From: Acaryochloris marina MBIC11017
Lineage (GTDB): Bacteria > Cyanobacteriota > Cyanobacteriia > Thermosynechococcales > Thermosynechococcaceae
Assembly: GCF_000018105.1 (NCBI RefSeq)
Contig: NC_009925.1
Location: 1,170,001 to 1,202,000, forward strand
DNA length: 32,000 nt
Direction of reading: 5' to 3'
This document shows positions 10,324-18,063 of this stretch, in pieces (position 1 is the stretch's first letter; the number at the start of each line of letters is the position of its first letter). The notes under the pieces are model-generated. The model ran no database searches. It saw only the letters and a program-made list of their open reading frames with translations, and was not told where the DNA came from. A program made the translations under genes and the position numbers.

Positions 10324-10605
10324 TTAATGAACGGCCAGGTTAGAGTTCATTTGAACAAAAACCAAAGCCAATAAGATTGCGAGCGCTACCAGCAACAGTG
10401 CTCTTCTTTCTTGGACAGACAGTTTCCCACAAGGTCCATCAGGTGGTGGAGTGACAGGAGTCGTTCTGCGGCCCCCAGTTCGCGGAGGAACTGGGCGCAC
10501 AAACGGCTGCACTTCACGAGTGAGCCGATTGGCAGATGACACCGATGGAGTCCTCCCCCGATGGGGTGGCCGGATTCTAGAGGGACGACGGGCTGGACGA
10601 CTCAT
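10324..10605 (-). CDS. Small Arg/Pro-rich protein with a C-terminal TM helix (tail-anchored), coupled to the haloperoxidase gene
   Basis: 93 codons. Its ATG overlaps the haloperoxidase TGA in ATGA (10602-10605). The N-terminal ~66 residues hold about 15 Arg and 14 Pro, followed by ALLLVALAILLALVFV. It could be a chance ORF in a GC-rich patch. Confidence 0.45.
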   Translation of the reverse strand: MSRPARRPSRIRPPHRGRTPSVSSANRLTREVQPFVRPVPPRTGGRRTTPVTPPPDGPCGKLSVQERRALLLVALAILLALVFVQMNSNLAVH

Positions 10606-12482
10606 CGGCGACCAATCCTTCTAACGTCGCCATCAAAGGTAGGAACAGATAAGACGAAGGGATCGGTTGAATAGGTTAATGCCTGTTCTTCTAGAATTCC
10701 AATTGCAATTTCTTCACCCATTCGTAAACTGTCGTAGTAGTCAGTGAAATAATGAACCCCTGCCATATCCCGGCCAATGGAGATATTGGCTGCAAGTTTG
10801 TTCAGCTCACCTTCTAGAGTTAGGAAGTGGTTTGGCTTAAATGGCTTTAAATCGTCCTTAGGAACACCTTCTCCTGGTCCAGATCCAGGTAGATCAGGCG
10901 CGCGAAAAGCAATAGGTTTATCACCATTTTCCAAACGTTTAAACGCAATACTTTGACCTGATTTTGCCAGTACTGCACTAGTGTCAAAGAATGCCTTGAG
11001 AATAGTCACACATGCCCCTGCCACAGTAGCATGACCCGCTCCATATGCCGGATGCATTGGCGAGCCTTCAGGGAAAGCCATTGGTAGTAAATAATTCCCC
11101 CCTAATGCATTCAGTGTTGGCTTTAATGCATTTGAGAATAAACCAATATACTTCTTCAGAACTTCTGGAACAGTGTCTTTGTCAGCCTGTGAAAGGCCGT
11201 CAAAGCTATTAACCAGCTCAATTCTTGCTGCCAGTGCTTCTGGGCGTAAGCGAATATGATTGTTGAATTTCTGAAAACGTACTGCTTTAAGGGCTCGTGT
11301 GGCTACTTCTGTCACCAATGTGAGAATATGCGGACCACCGTAAAGAGCAAATCCCCCAGCATTCCGACGAGACTCAAAACTACTTGCAGCAGCACCAACT
11401 CCGGAAAGGTGGTCAAAACCGGGATCAAAAGGTGTTCCCATCTCTAACAGGATAATGCAGGCGTTCAAATAAGCTTCGTACAAGGCATCGTAATGAACGT
11501 AAGTTGAAAGGTCTCTGGGGGTCGATATAAAACGACGGGGTGGACGATTGGGTTGAGCAACAGAGCCCCCATTCGTGGAACCATAGGTTTCTCTTGGTGG
11601 ACGAATACCTCGCTGTACCTCAACATATTCAGACATAGACCTCATATAGTCCTTACCTGGTTCTGCAATAGGTACCCTTTGATTGATTTGTAGAGCTCCA
11701 TAGGTAATTAGCCCATCTTCTACTTTGCCACCACCTATACCATCAGCATCTCGATTGAGATCCGTATTACCTATCAGTAGGAACTGGGACAAGTAGGGAC
11801 CAGCTTCTACCCCTGGAGACGAACCTCGAAATACCGTTTGGGCATCCAGTTGCCCCGAAGTATTAACCTTACGGGGGCGGCCTGTTTGATTTGAAATATA
11901 ACTGAGGGCATTAAGACGATCTATTGATTGAGTGATAGCAGCATTAGACCTTCCATTCTCAAAATCATTGAAAGGTTGATCCCGAAGTATCGCCAATTCA
12001 TACACTTCTGCCATTTCCAAAACTAGTTCTGGATTAGGGTTCCCGTTCCCATCAAGTAAAGGCGGGGCTGGAGGCATGGTTACAGCCTGGGCATCAGGTC
12101 CTTCCAAGTCAAAGACAACTCCAGCAGTGGGAGCTTCCCATTGTCGGAAATTATTGGGGGGATCACCATCAACTTCTCTGTCAACTCGTTTAACTTCCCC
12201 ACCTTCAACTTTATATAAGGCACCATGGCGTATTAGATCAGAAGAAAATGGATCGATAAAGCCATCATCTATTGCACGACGGAACTCGACGAAATCTTTT
12301 GGATCACCTAGTAATCCAGTTTCCTCATTGTGTGGAAGTCCTTTTGTAAAGGACATGAAATATTTAGCACCAGCATATCGTTCTTCATCGCCGTTGGCCT
12401 GATGGTCAGGATGATTTCGACTTCTAGCTAGCTCTGCGGCTTCAACTCGAACTGCATAGGAATCTTGTCGACGATCTGTCAT
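10602..12482 (-). CDS. Vanadium-dependent haloperoxidase (bromoperoxidase-like, PAP2 superfamily)
   Basis: 626 aa carrying the three vanadate-site motifs: K....N..R.RPE (RFQKFNNHIRLRPEA), PMHPAYGAGHATVAGA (equivalent to P.YPSGHA) and GRDMAGVHYFTD (R...G.H). Confidence 0.85.
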   Translation of the reverse strand: MTDRRQDSYAVRVEAAELARSRNHPDHQANGDEERYAGAKYFMSFTKGLPHNEETGLLGDPKDFVEFRRAIDDGFIDPFSSDLIRHGALYKVEGGEVKRVDREVDGDPPNNFRQWEAPTAGVVFDLEGPDAQAVTMPPAPPLLDGNGNPNPELVLEMAEVYELAILRDQPFNDFENGRSNAAITQSIDRLNALSYISNQTGRPRKVNTSGQLDAQTVFRGSSPGVEAGPYLSQFLLIGNTDLNRDADGIGGGKVEDGLITYGALQINQRVPIAEPGKDYMRSMSEYVEVQRGIRPPRETYGSTNGGSVAQPNRPPRRFISTPRDLSTYVHYDALYEAYLNACIILLEMGTPFDPGFDHLSGVGAAASSFESRRNAGGFALYGGPHILTLVTEVATRALKAVRFQKFNNHIRLRPEALAARIELVNSFDGLSQADKDTVPEVLKKYIGLFSNALKPTLNALGGNYLLPMAFPEGSPMHPAYGAGHATVAGACVTILKAFFDTSAVLAKSGQSIAFKRLENGDKPIAFRAPDLPGSGPGEGVPKDDLKPFKPNHFLTLEGELNKLAANISIGRDMAGVHYFTDYYDSLRMGEEIAIGILEEQALTYSTDPFVLSVPTFDGDVRRIGRR

Positions 12483-13030
12483 AGAAATCTTCCTTTAGTG
12501 TGTGTAGAGTAGTCAGTTATGTACTTCTGGATAAGCTGTCAGGGACAACCAAAAAAATTATGCGATATTCGTAAAACATCACATTTGAGAAAGTGGTTTT
12601 AGGGTTTGCCCTTACTGATAAGCACTAGAGAATAAATATCATTGGCTAACCCTATTGATGTGATATTCAGCTATTCGGTAGCTCTTAGACCTAACTGCTT
12701 TATCGAAGAATTAAGAGAGATAGAAGCATCGCCGAATTGTGGGTTCTCTACAGTGTTGAGATTATCTTCACAATAGCGGGTGAGATAGTGTTGTTCTTAT
12801 TGTTAAGTTCCAATTTCTATCATGTCTGTGAAAAAATGTTTAACACTTGATTATGGTTAGATAAATACCAAAAACTTATGCCTTTGGTGTATTTATTGTA
12901 TGACCGTTTATTCCTTGATTTGTTTCTGCATCGTTAAACAAAAATAAGCACTGAAGGTGTTGGCAAAAAATTGCTTGCATAATGATAGCTAGGCAGATTA
13001 CGGCCTGAGCTATATTCTGGGAGTGAATTT

Positions 13031-13261
13031 GTGCCGATCGAAATAGGTCCCCTTGTTGGAGCAATTGCAAAGGTTGCAGCGCCCATAGCAGTCAACAAGC
13101 TGCAACGCACTGAGGCAGTGATTAAGCTGCTCAAGCAATTCAACCTAGATCCTGAACACCCTCCTGAAGAATTTAGTAGTGTGTATGCCTACGCTCTGGT
13201 GGAATATGGTGTGGGCAAACCTAAGCCGATGTTGGAGCTATTGCGTCAAGATATACTCTAG
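13031..13261 (+). pseudogene. 5' piece (76 codons) of the NACHT-WD40 locus, cut off by the IS element
   Basis: GTG start with GGGAG 8 nt upstream. The frame is open for 76 codons and stops at TAG 13259-13261, within the first few nt of the IS. Removing the IS plus one TA joins it in frame to the 14442 ORF (see findings). Alternatively it is an independent small upstream gene. Confidence 0.6.
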
Positions 13262-14395
13262 GCGGCTAAGATATTAACTTTCTTAAAAGACTGAAACTTG
13301 AGTGATAGTAAGGTGGTGAGTTTCGCCTTATGCTCTCCATTACACTGGTCGATGCACTGTTGAATGGCCCCTTTGAAGGCGGGAAAATCAGCATAATACT
13401 TTGAATAGAGACATTCCTTGCGTACAAAACGCCAGAGTCGCTCAATCAAATTCAAATGGCGTGAATAGGAGGGCAGATAGACCAGCTCAATATCGACGAT
13501 CTCGGCAAAGTCCGTTACAAGCTGACATTTCTGGTATCGCGCATTGTCTAAAATCACGCTGATGGGTATGACTGGGTCAAGTAGCGCCAGCTTGGCCAGT
13601 AACAGGCACATACTGTGAGAATTGATATAGGTGTGGTTGGTAACGCTGACTAGGTCTTTGGTGATAGCGTCGAGCGCGCCCAGGACATTGAAACGTTGGC
13701 GACCAGAAGGAGAAGGGATGAAGATCCGAGTGATGCACCAGACAAACCCTAGATAAGCACGGTGAACAAAGTGAGCAGCATCCACAAAAAAGACAAGACG
13801 CTCTTGGCGTTGAGCTTCCTCTAATAAGGGTTCAAGGCGAGTGTGTCGAAACTGCTCTTGCTCCTCAATTTTCTCGGGCAGACTCGACTTTCCCGGCACA
13901 TACCCCACTTTTCGATAACGACAACCGATGCGTTTGAGGAAGGCTTTGATTTGGGTGGGACTGCGTTTGATGCCTGTTAATTGCTCAATGACCGCTTGAG
14001 CTTCTGCACTGGTGCGGGGAGGATGTTGCTCAAAGTAAGCTCTCACACTATCGCTATGAGCGTTGAGTAGACTCGGTTGACCTTTATATTCAAGGGTCTT
14101 CAGCCCTTCAATCCCTCCTTGTTGATACTGACGAAGAGTTTTGGCTAAAGTGGGGCGACTAATCTGACAAAGCTGGCAGATCTGGGTATGGGAAAGACCT
14201 TGACTCTTCAAGTAGAGCACTTCCATCCGTCGCTGCACCCGTGGGTGAGGGTGATGATAGCGTTCGTAATTGAGTTGTTGGATTTCCTCTGCGGTGAAAT
14301 CAATTTTAATCATGGGAGTGGAGGATAGGTGCGGGGATACTCCCAGTGTGCCAAATCTCTCTACCACAATGTTAAGTCACAAGTCGTCCGCAGTA
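13256..14395 (-). mobile_element. IS630 / Tc1-mariner family insertion sequence (~1.13 kb), boundaries +/-5 bp
   Basis: It has a single transposase ORF with a DD35E triad, flanking TA dinucleotides (13254-55 or 13259-60, and 14394-95), and imperfect terminal inverted repeats (CTCTAGGCGGCT...TTAAC versus the reverse complement CTGCGGACGACT...TTAAC, 15 of 27 positions ungapped). Confidence 0.8.
13258..14313 (-). CDS. IS630-family DDE transposase (351 aa)
   Basis: The N-terminal half has HTH motifs (LSHTQICQLCQISRPTLAKTL). The catalytic residues are D in FFVDAAHF, D in ILDNARYQK, and E exactly 35 residues later in LPSYSRHLNLIERLW. I prefer the start at ATG 14313 (MIKIDFTAEE) over the track start at 14367. 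Confidence 0.9.
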   Translation of the reverse strand: MIKIDFTAEEIQQLNYERYHHPHPRVQRRMEVLYLKSQGLSHTQICQLCQISRPTLAKTLRQYQQGGIEGLKTLEYKGQPSLLNAHSDSVRAYFEQHPPRTSAEAQAVIEQLTGIKRSPTQIKAFLKRIGCRYRKVGYVPGKSSLPEKIEEQEQFRHTRLEPLLEEAQRQERLVFFVDAAHFVHRAYLGFVWCITRIFIPSPSGRQRFNVLGALDAITKDLVSVTNHTYINSHSMCLLLAKLALLDPVIPISVILDNARYQKCQLVTDFAEIVDIELVYLPSYSRHLNLIERLWRFVRKECLYSKYYADFPAFKGAIQQCIDQCNGEHKAKLTTLLSLKFQSFKKVNILAA

Positions 14396-14441
14396 TAAAA
14401 TTCGCCAAAGTTTTCGGAAGTCTTTTGAGAACAAAGATCCT

Positions 14442-17400
14442 TTGATCTTGCTGGCTGAAGGAGAAAAAAATATTCAAGTCCATGAATTAGAGAGTGACTT
14501 TGAATCAGAGGGAATTGATTACCAACTTGAATTTGCCAATTTCACTACAATTTTTTTGAAGGTGGCAAATCAGACTAGAACGCCTGCAGATGTCAGACGA
14601 GATCAGAATATTTCCAGTCTTCGAGATGGCTTAGATCGGGTGCAAGAAAGACTTAATCGGCTACCTACTGTGGAAGCGATGCGGGCAGAGATGGCTCGCT
14701 TGGTTTCTCAAGATGGACTTATGCTGCCGGGCAGTGACTCATCCCCCCAAGAGAGTTGTCGAGCCTATGGGTTGGCTCAGCAAATGCGGGGGTGGTTTGA
14801 GACGCTGGACTATGAGTTTGAGTCTTATGAGGCTTGGGAAACAGACTATTTTGAGTGGATTATTACCTATCGAGTGAGTCGGCGGCGATTTAATCGGGTG
14901 CTGGTGAGGGGGGTAGATGGCGAAGGGGGGGTTGCAGATATTAAGGCTTTAGCACAGTCGGTTGAAAGCCAACGTGCCGATGAAGGGTGGCTGGTCAGTA
15001 GTCGTCGCATGAGCGAGGCAGCCAGGGAAGAGGTGGCGCAAACTGAGAATGAGCATTTGGAGTGCTACACCTTTGATGAATTGCTGGATCAGGATGCGGA
15101 TTTTAGTGGCTATTTGACTTGGTTGGAGTCGGAGATTCAGCGTCGGCAGATTGATGAGCAATATGTGCCCCTGGCCTGTACAAAGGAGGAATTTAGTCCT
15201 CAAACCCAACAACGAATTGCGTTAAGTCGATATGGCGAAGCGAATGGTTGGATTGATGGCTATGTGGATGTGTGGCTGGATGACCCTGCCAAGGAACATA
15301 TTTCTGTATTGGGAGAGTTTGGGACGGGAAAGACTTGGTTTACACTGCACTATGCCTGGAAGGCTTTACAAGACTATCGCGAAGCACAGCAACGAGGAAC
15401 TGAGCGACCGCGATTACCTTTAGTGATTCCGCTGCGAGATTATGCCAAAGCGGTAAGCGTGGAGTCACTGTTTTCAGAGTTTTTCTTTCGCAAGCATGAG
15501 ATTCCGATTCCGGGCTATTCGGCTTTTGAGCAGTTGAATCGAATGGGGAAGCTGTTGCTGATCTTTGATGGCTTTGATGAGATGGCAGCGCGGGTCGATC
15601 GGCAACAGATGATCAATAACTTTTGGGAACTGGCCAAGGTAGTAGTGCCAGGGTCTAAGGCTATTCTGACCTGTCGGACAGAACATTTCCCGGAAGCCAA
15701 GGAAGGGCGGTATTTATTGGGTGCTGAGTTAAAGGCTTCAACCGCTGCCTTGACAGGGGAACCGCCTCAGTTTGAAGTGCTGGAGCTGGAAAAGTTTGAT
15801 GAGAAGCAAATTCAGCAAGTGCTGTCCTTTCGGGCAGATGAGAAATCCGTGCAGCAAATTATGGGCTATCCCCAGCTTATGGATTTGGCTCGTCGCCCAG
15901 TGATGACGGAACTGATTTTGGATGCACTGCCGGAAATTACTGCGGGTAAGCCGATTGATTTAGCGCGGGTGTATCTGTATGCCGTGCGGCGGAAGATGGA
16001 GCAGGATATTAAGGCAGAACGGACCTTTACCTCCTTGGCAGACAAGCTTTATTTTCTGTGTGAGCTGTCTTGGGAAATGATTTTGTCGGATCAGATGCGG
16101 CTAAACTACAAGCTTTTCCCAGAGCGGATTCGGAAGCTGTTTGGTCCGGTGGTGCAGGAGCAAACGGATCTGGATCATTGGCACTACGACATGATGGGGC
16201 AGTCGATGCTAATTCGGGATGCGGAGGGAAATTATAGCCCTGCCCATCGGTCACTGCTAGAGTTTTTTGTGGCCTATAAGCTGGTGGCTTTGTTGGGGGT
16301 TTTGGCTCCTGATTTTCTGGAGGTGGCAAGGGAGCAAACCCATATCGATCAAGCGTTGCCTGGGCAGGAATATGGCTGGTGGGATTATTGCCAGCGGCAA
16401 GTGGATAAGCAGGGTGCCATCCAAAAGATTGCTCCTCTACTTCGGTTTAGGTCAGGAGATCGGGAGAGTCTCCAGCCGCTACTGGTGCCTGCCCCACTGG
16501 CTAAGGCAATTTTGGATTTGGCCGTTCCGATGCTCGATTCGGCCCTAATGGTGGAACGGTTACTTCCTCAAATTCAAGCAACTCGGGGACAAACTCAGGA
16601 ACAGGCAGGGTATTGGGGTGGGAACCTAACGCAGCTTCTGGTTGATAAAAATCCTTGGGCTTTGGAAACCCATGATTTGAGTGATACCCATTTGCAAGGG
16701 GTTAATTTTGCCAATGTCAGCTTACTACAGGTGAATTTGGCCAGAGCTAGCTTGGCAGAAGCCCGTTTCAATAAAGTTCTAGCGGTCATTTATACCATTG
16801 CTGTTAGTCCCGATGGCCAGCGTTGGGCCATTGGGGAGGATAACGGCAGACTGCAGATGTGGGACGCCAGTACCGGGCGCGTGTTATGGATCCGACAAGA
16901 ACATTCTGGTGCTATTCGGTCGGTGGCCTTTAGCCCCGATGGCCAGCGGATTGTCAGTGGCAGTTATGACAACACCCTCCGACTCTGGGATGCACAGGGC
17001 AACCCCATCGGCCAACCCTGGACAGGCCATACGAATTATGTCTTGTCGGTGGCCTTTAGCCCCGATGGCCAGCGGATTGTCAGTGGCAGTTATGACAACA
17101 CCCTCCGACTCTGGGATGCACAGGGCAACCCCATCGGCCAACCCTGGACAGGCCATACGAATTATGTCTGGTCGGTGGCCTTTAGCCCCGATGGCCAGCG
17201 GATTGTCAGTGGCAGTTATGACAACACCCTCCGACTCTGGGATGCACAGGGCAACCCCATCGGCCAACCCTGGACAGGCCATACGAATTATGTCTTGTCG
17301 GTGGCCTTTAGCCCCGATGGCCAGCGGATTGTCAGTGGCAGTTATGACAACACCCTCCGACTCTGGGATGCACAGGGCAACCTCATCGGCCAACCCTGGA

Positions 17401-18005
17401 CAGGCCATACGAATTATGTCAGGTCGGTGGCCTTTAGCCCCGATGGCCAGCGGATTGTCAGTGGCAGTTATGACAACACCCTCCGACTCTGGGATGCACA
17501 GGGCAACCCCATCGGCCAACCCTGGACAGGCCATACGAATTATGTCTGGTCGGTGGCCTTTAGCCCCGATGGCCAGCGGATTGTCAGTGGCAGTGATGAC
17601 AAAACCCTCCGACTCTGGGATGCACAGGGCAACCCCATCGGCCAACCCTGGACAGGCCATACGAATTATGTCTGGTCGGTGGCCTTTAGCCCCGATGGCC
17701 AGCGGATTGTCAGTGGCAGTTCTGACAACACCCTCCGACTCTGGGATGCACAGGGGAACCCCATTGGCCAACCCTGGACAGGCCATACGAATTCTGTCAG
17801 GTCGGTGGCCTTTAGCCCCGATGGCCAGCGGATTGTCAGTGGCAGTGATGACAAAACCCTCCGACTCTGGGAGGTCGATACGGGTAAATGTTTAGCGGTC
17901 GTTCAAACGGGTTTATGTGGTGGCCTGGACTTTAGTGGTGCCCTGGGTTTAACAGCAGCCCAAGAGATGGCCTTGAAAGCAATGGGTGCCTACTGTAACG
18001 ATTAG
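14442..18005 (+). CDS. NLR-like STAND protein: Mrr-like endonuclease fold + NACHT NTPase + pentapeptide linker + 9 WD40 blades (3' part of the IS-interrupted locus)
   Basis: Walker A is GEFGTGKT (15312-15335) and Walker B is LLLIFDGFDEM (15552-15584), followed by ILTCRTEHF, typical of NACHT. Upstream, RVLVRGVDGEGGV...RADEGWLVSSRRMSEAAREE resembles the Mrr_cat fold. Pentapeptide units lie at 16670-16777 and WD40 units (SVAFSPDGQRIVSGS.D.TLRLWD) at 16783-17880. The track start is a TTG. There is no ATG for about 80 codons, and the frame is open back to 14376, inside the IS. Confidence 0.9.
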   Translation: MILLAEGEKNIQVHELESDFESEGIDYQLEFANFTTIFLKVANQTRTPADVRRDQNISSLRDGLDRVQERLNRLPTVEAMRAEMARLVSQDGLMLPGSDSSPQESCRAYGLAQQMRGWFETLDYEFESYEAWETDYFEWIITYRVSRRRFNRVLVRGVDGEGGVADIKALAQSVESQRADEGWLVSSRRMSEAAREEVAQTENEHLECYTFDELLDQDADFSGYLTWLESEIQRRQIDEQYVPLACTKEEFSPQTQQRIALSRYGEANGWIDGYVDVWLDDPAKEHISVLGEFGTGKTWFTLHYAWKALQDYREAQQRGTERPRLPLVIPLRDYAKAVSVESLFSEFFFRKHEIPIPGYSAFEQLNRMGKLLLIFDGFDEMAARVDRQQMINNFWELAKVVVPGSKAILTCRTEHFPEAKEGRYLLGAELKASTAALTGEPPQFEVLELEKFDEKQIQQVLSFRADEKSVQQIMGYPQLMDLARRPVMTELILDALPEITAGKPIDLARVYLYAVRRKMEQDIKAERTFTSLADKLYFLCELSWEMILSDQMRLNYKLFPERIRKLFGPVVQEQTDLDHWHYDMMGQSMLIRDAEGNYSPAHRSLLEFFVAYKLVALLGVLAPDFLEVAREQTHIDQALPGQEYGWWDYCQRQVDKQGAIQKIAPLLRFRSGDRESLQPLLVPAPLAKAILDLAVPMLDSALMVERLLPQIQATRGQTQEQAGYWGGNLTQLLVDKNPWALETHDLSDTHLQGVNFANVSLLQVNLARASLAEARFNKVLAVIYTIAVSPDGQRWAIGEDNGRLQMWDASTGRVLWIRQEHSGAIRSVAFSPDGQRIVSGSYDNTLRLWDAQGNPIGQPWTGHTNYVLSVAFSPDGQRIVSGSYDNTLRLWDAQGNPIGQPWTGHTNYVWSVAFSPDGQRIVSGSYDNTLRLWDAQGNPIGQPWTGHTNYVLSVAFSPDGQRIVSGSYDNTLRLWDAQGNLIGQPWTGHTNYVRSVAFSPDGQRIVSGSYDNTLRLWDAQGNPIGQPWTGHTNYVWSVAFSPDGQRIVSGSDDKTLRLWDAQGNPIGQPWTGHTNYVWSVAFSPDGQRIVSGSSDNTLRLWDAQGNPIGQPWTGHTNSVRSVAFSPDGQRIVSGSDDKTLRLWEVDTGKCLAVVQTGLCGGLDFSGALGLTAAQEMALKAMGAYCND
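16921..17872 (+). repeat. Tandem array of ~7.5 near-identical 126-bp units (one WD40 blade each)
   Basis: Units start at 16921, 17047, 17173, 17299, 17425, 17551, 17677 and 17803. Units 1 and 3 are identical over 126/126 nt, as are units 2 and 5. The others differ by 1-8 nt. Confidence 0.97.
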
Positions 18006-18063
18006 GAGTCTCTGCACCTTTGCCAATGCATATACTTCAGCTAGCAAGTCATTCTACTTGCCC

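Noticed and set aside
7900-12482. Idea that the SAM methyltransferase and the vanadium haloperoxidase form a halogen/methyl-halide metabolism cluster
   Set aside because: They are separated by two unrelated genes on the opposite strand (pentapeptide, DUF4259). The methyltransferase shows only generic class I motifs, so there is no sequence evidence of a functional link.
14314-14367. 18-codon N-terminal extension of the transposase (MVERFGTLGVSPHLSSTP) given by the track
   Set aside because: IS630-family transposases begin with the HTH region. The ATG at 14313 (MIKIDFTAEEIQ) fits, and the extension would run into the terminal inverted-repeat region.
14343-14368. CAGTGTGCCAAATCTCTCTACCAC near the right IS end, which resembles the Tc1 terminal sequence CAGTGCTGGCCAAAAAG
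   Set aside because: It lies about 25-50 nt inside the element and in the wrong orientation for a terminal inverted repeat, so I treat it as coincidental.
16921-17872. Regular 126-bp periodic repeats considered as a possible CRISPR array
   Set aside because: The units are contiguous with no unique spacers, are far longer than CRISPR repeats, and translate perfectly into WD40 blades in frame with the upstream gene.
16798-17895. Long alternative-frame ORFs across the WD40 array (365 aa on the plus strand; 300 aa at 16884-17786 on the minus strand)
   Set aside because: They exist only because a stop-free 126-bp unit is repeated 7-8 times. Their products are low-complexity repeats with no motif, while the third frame gives canonical WD40 blades continuous with the NACHT domain.
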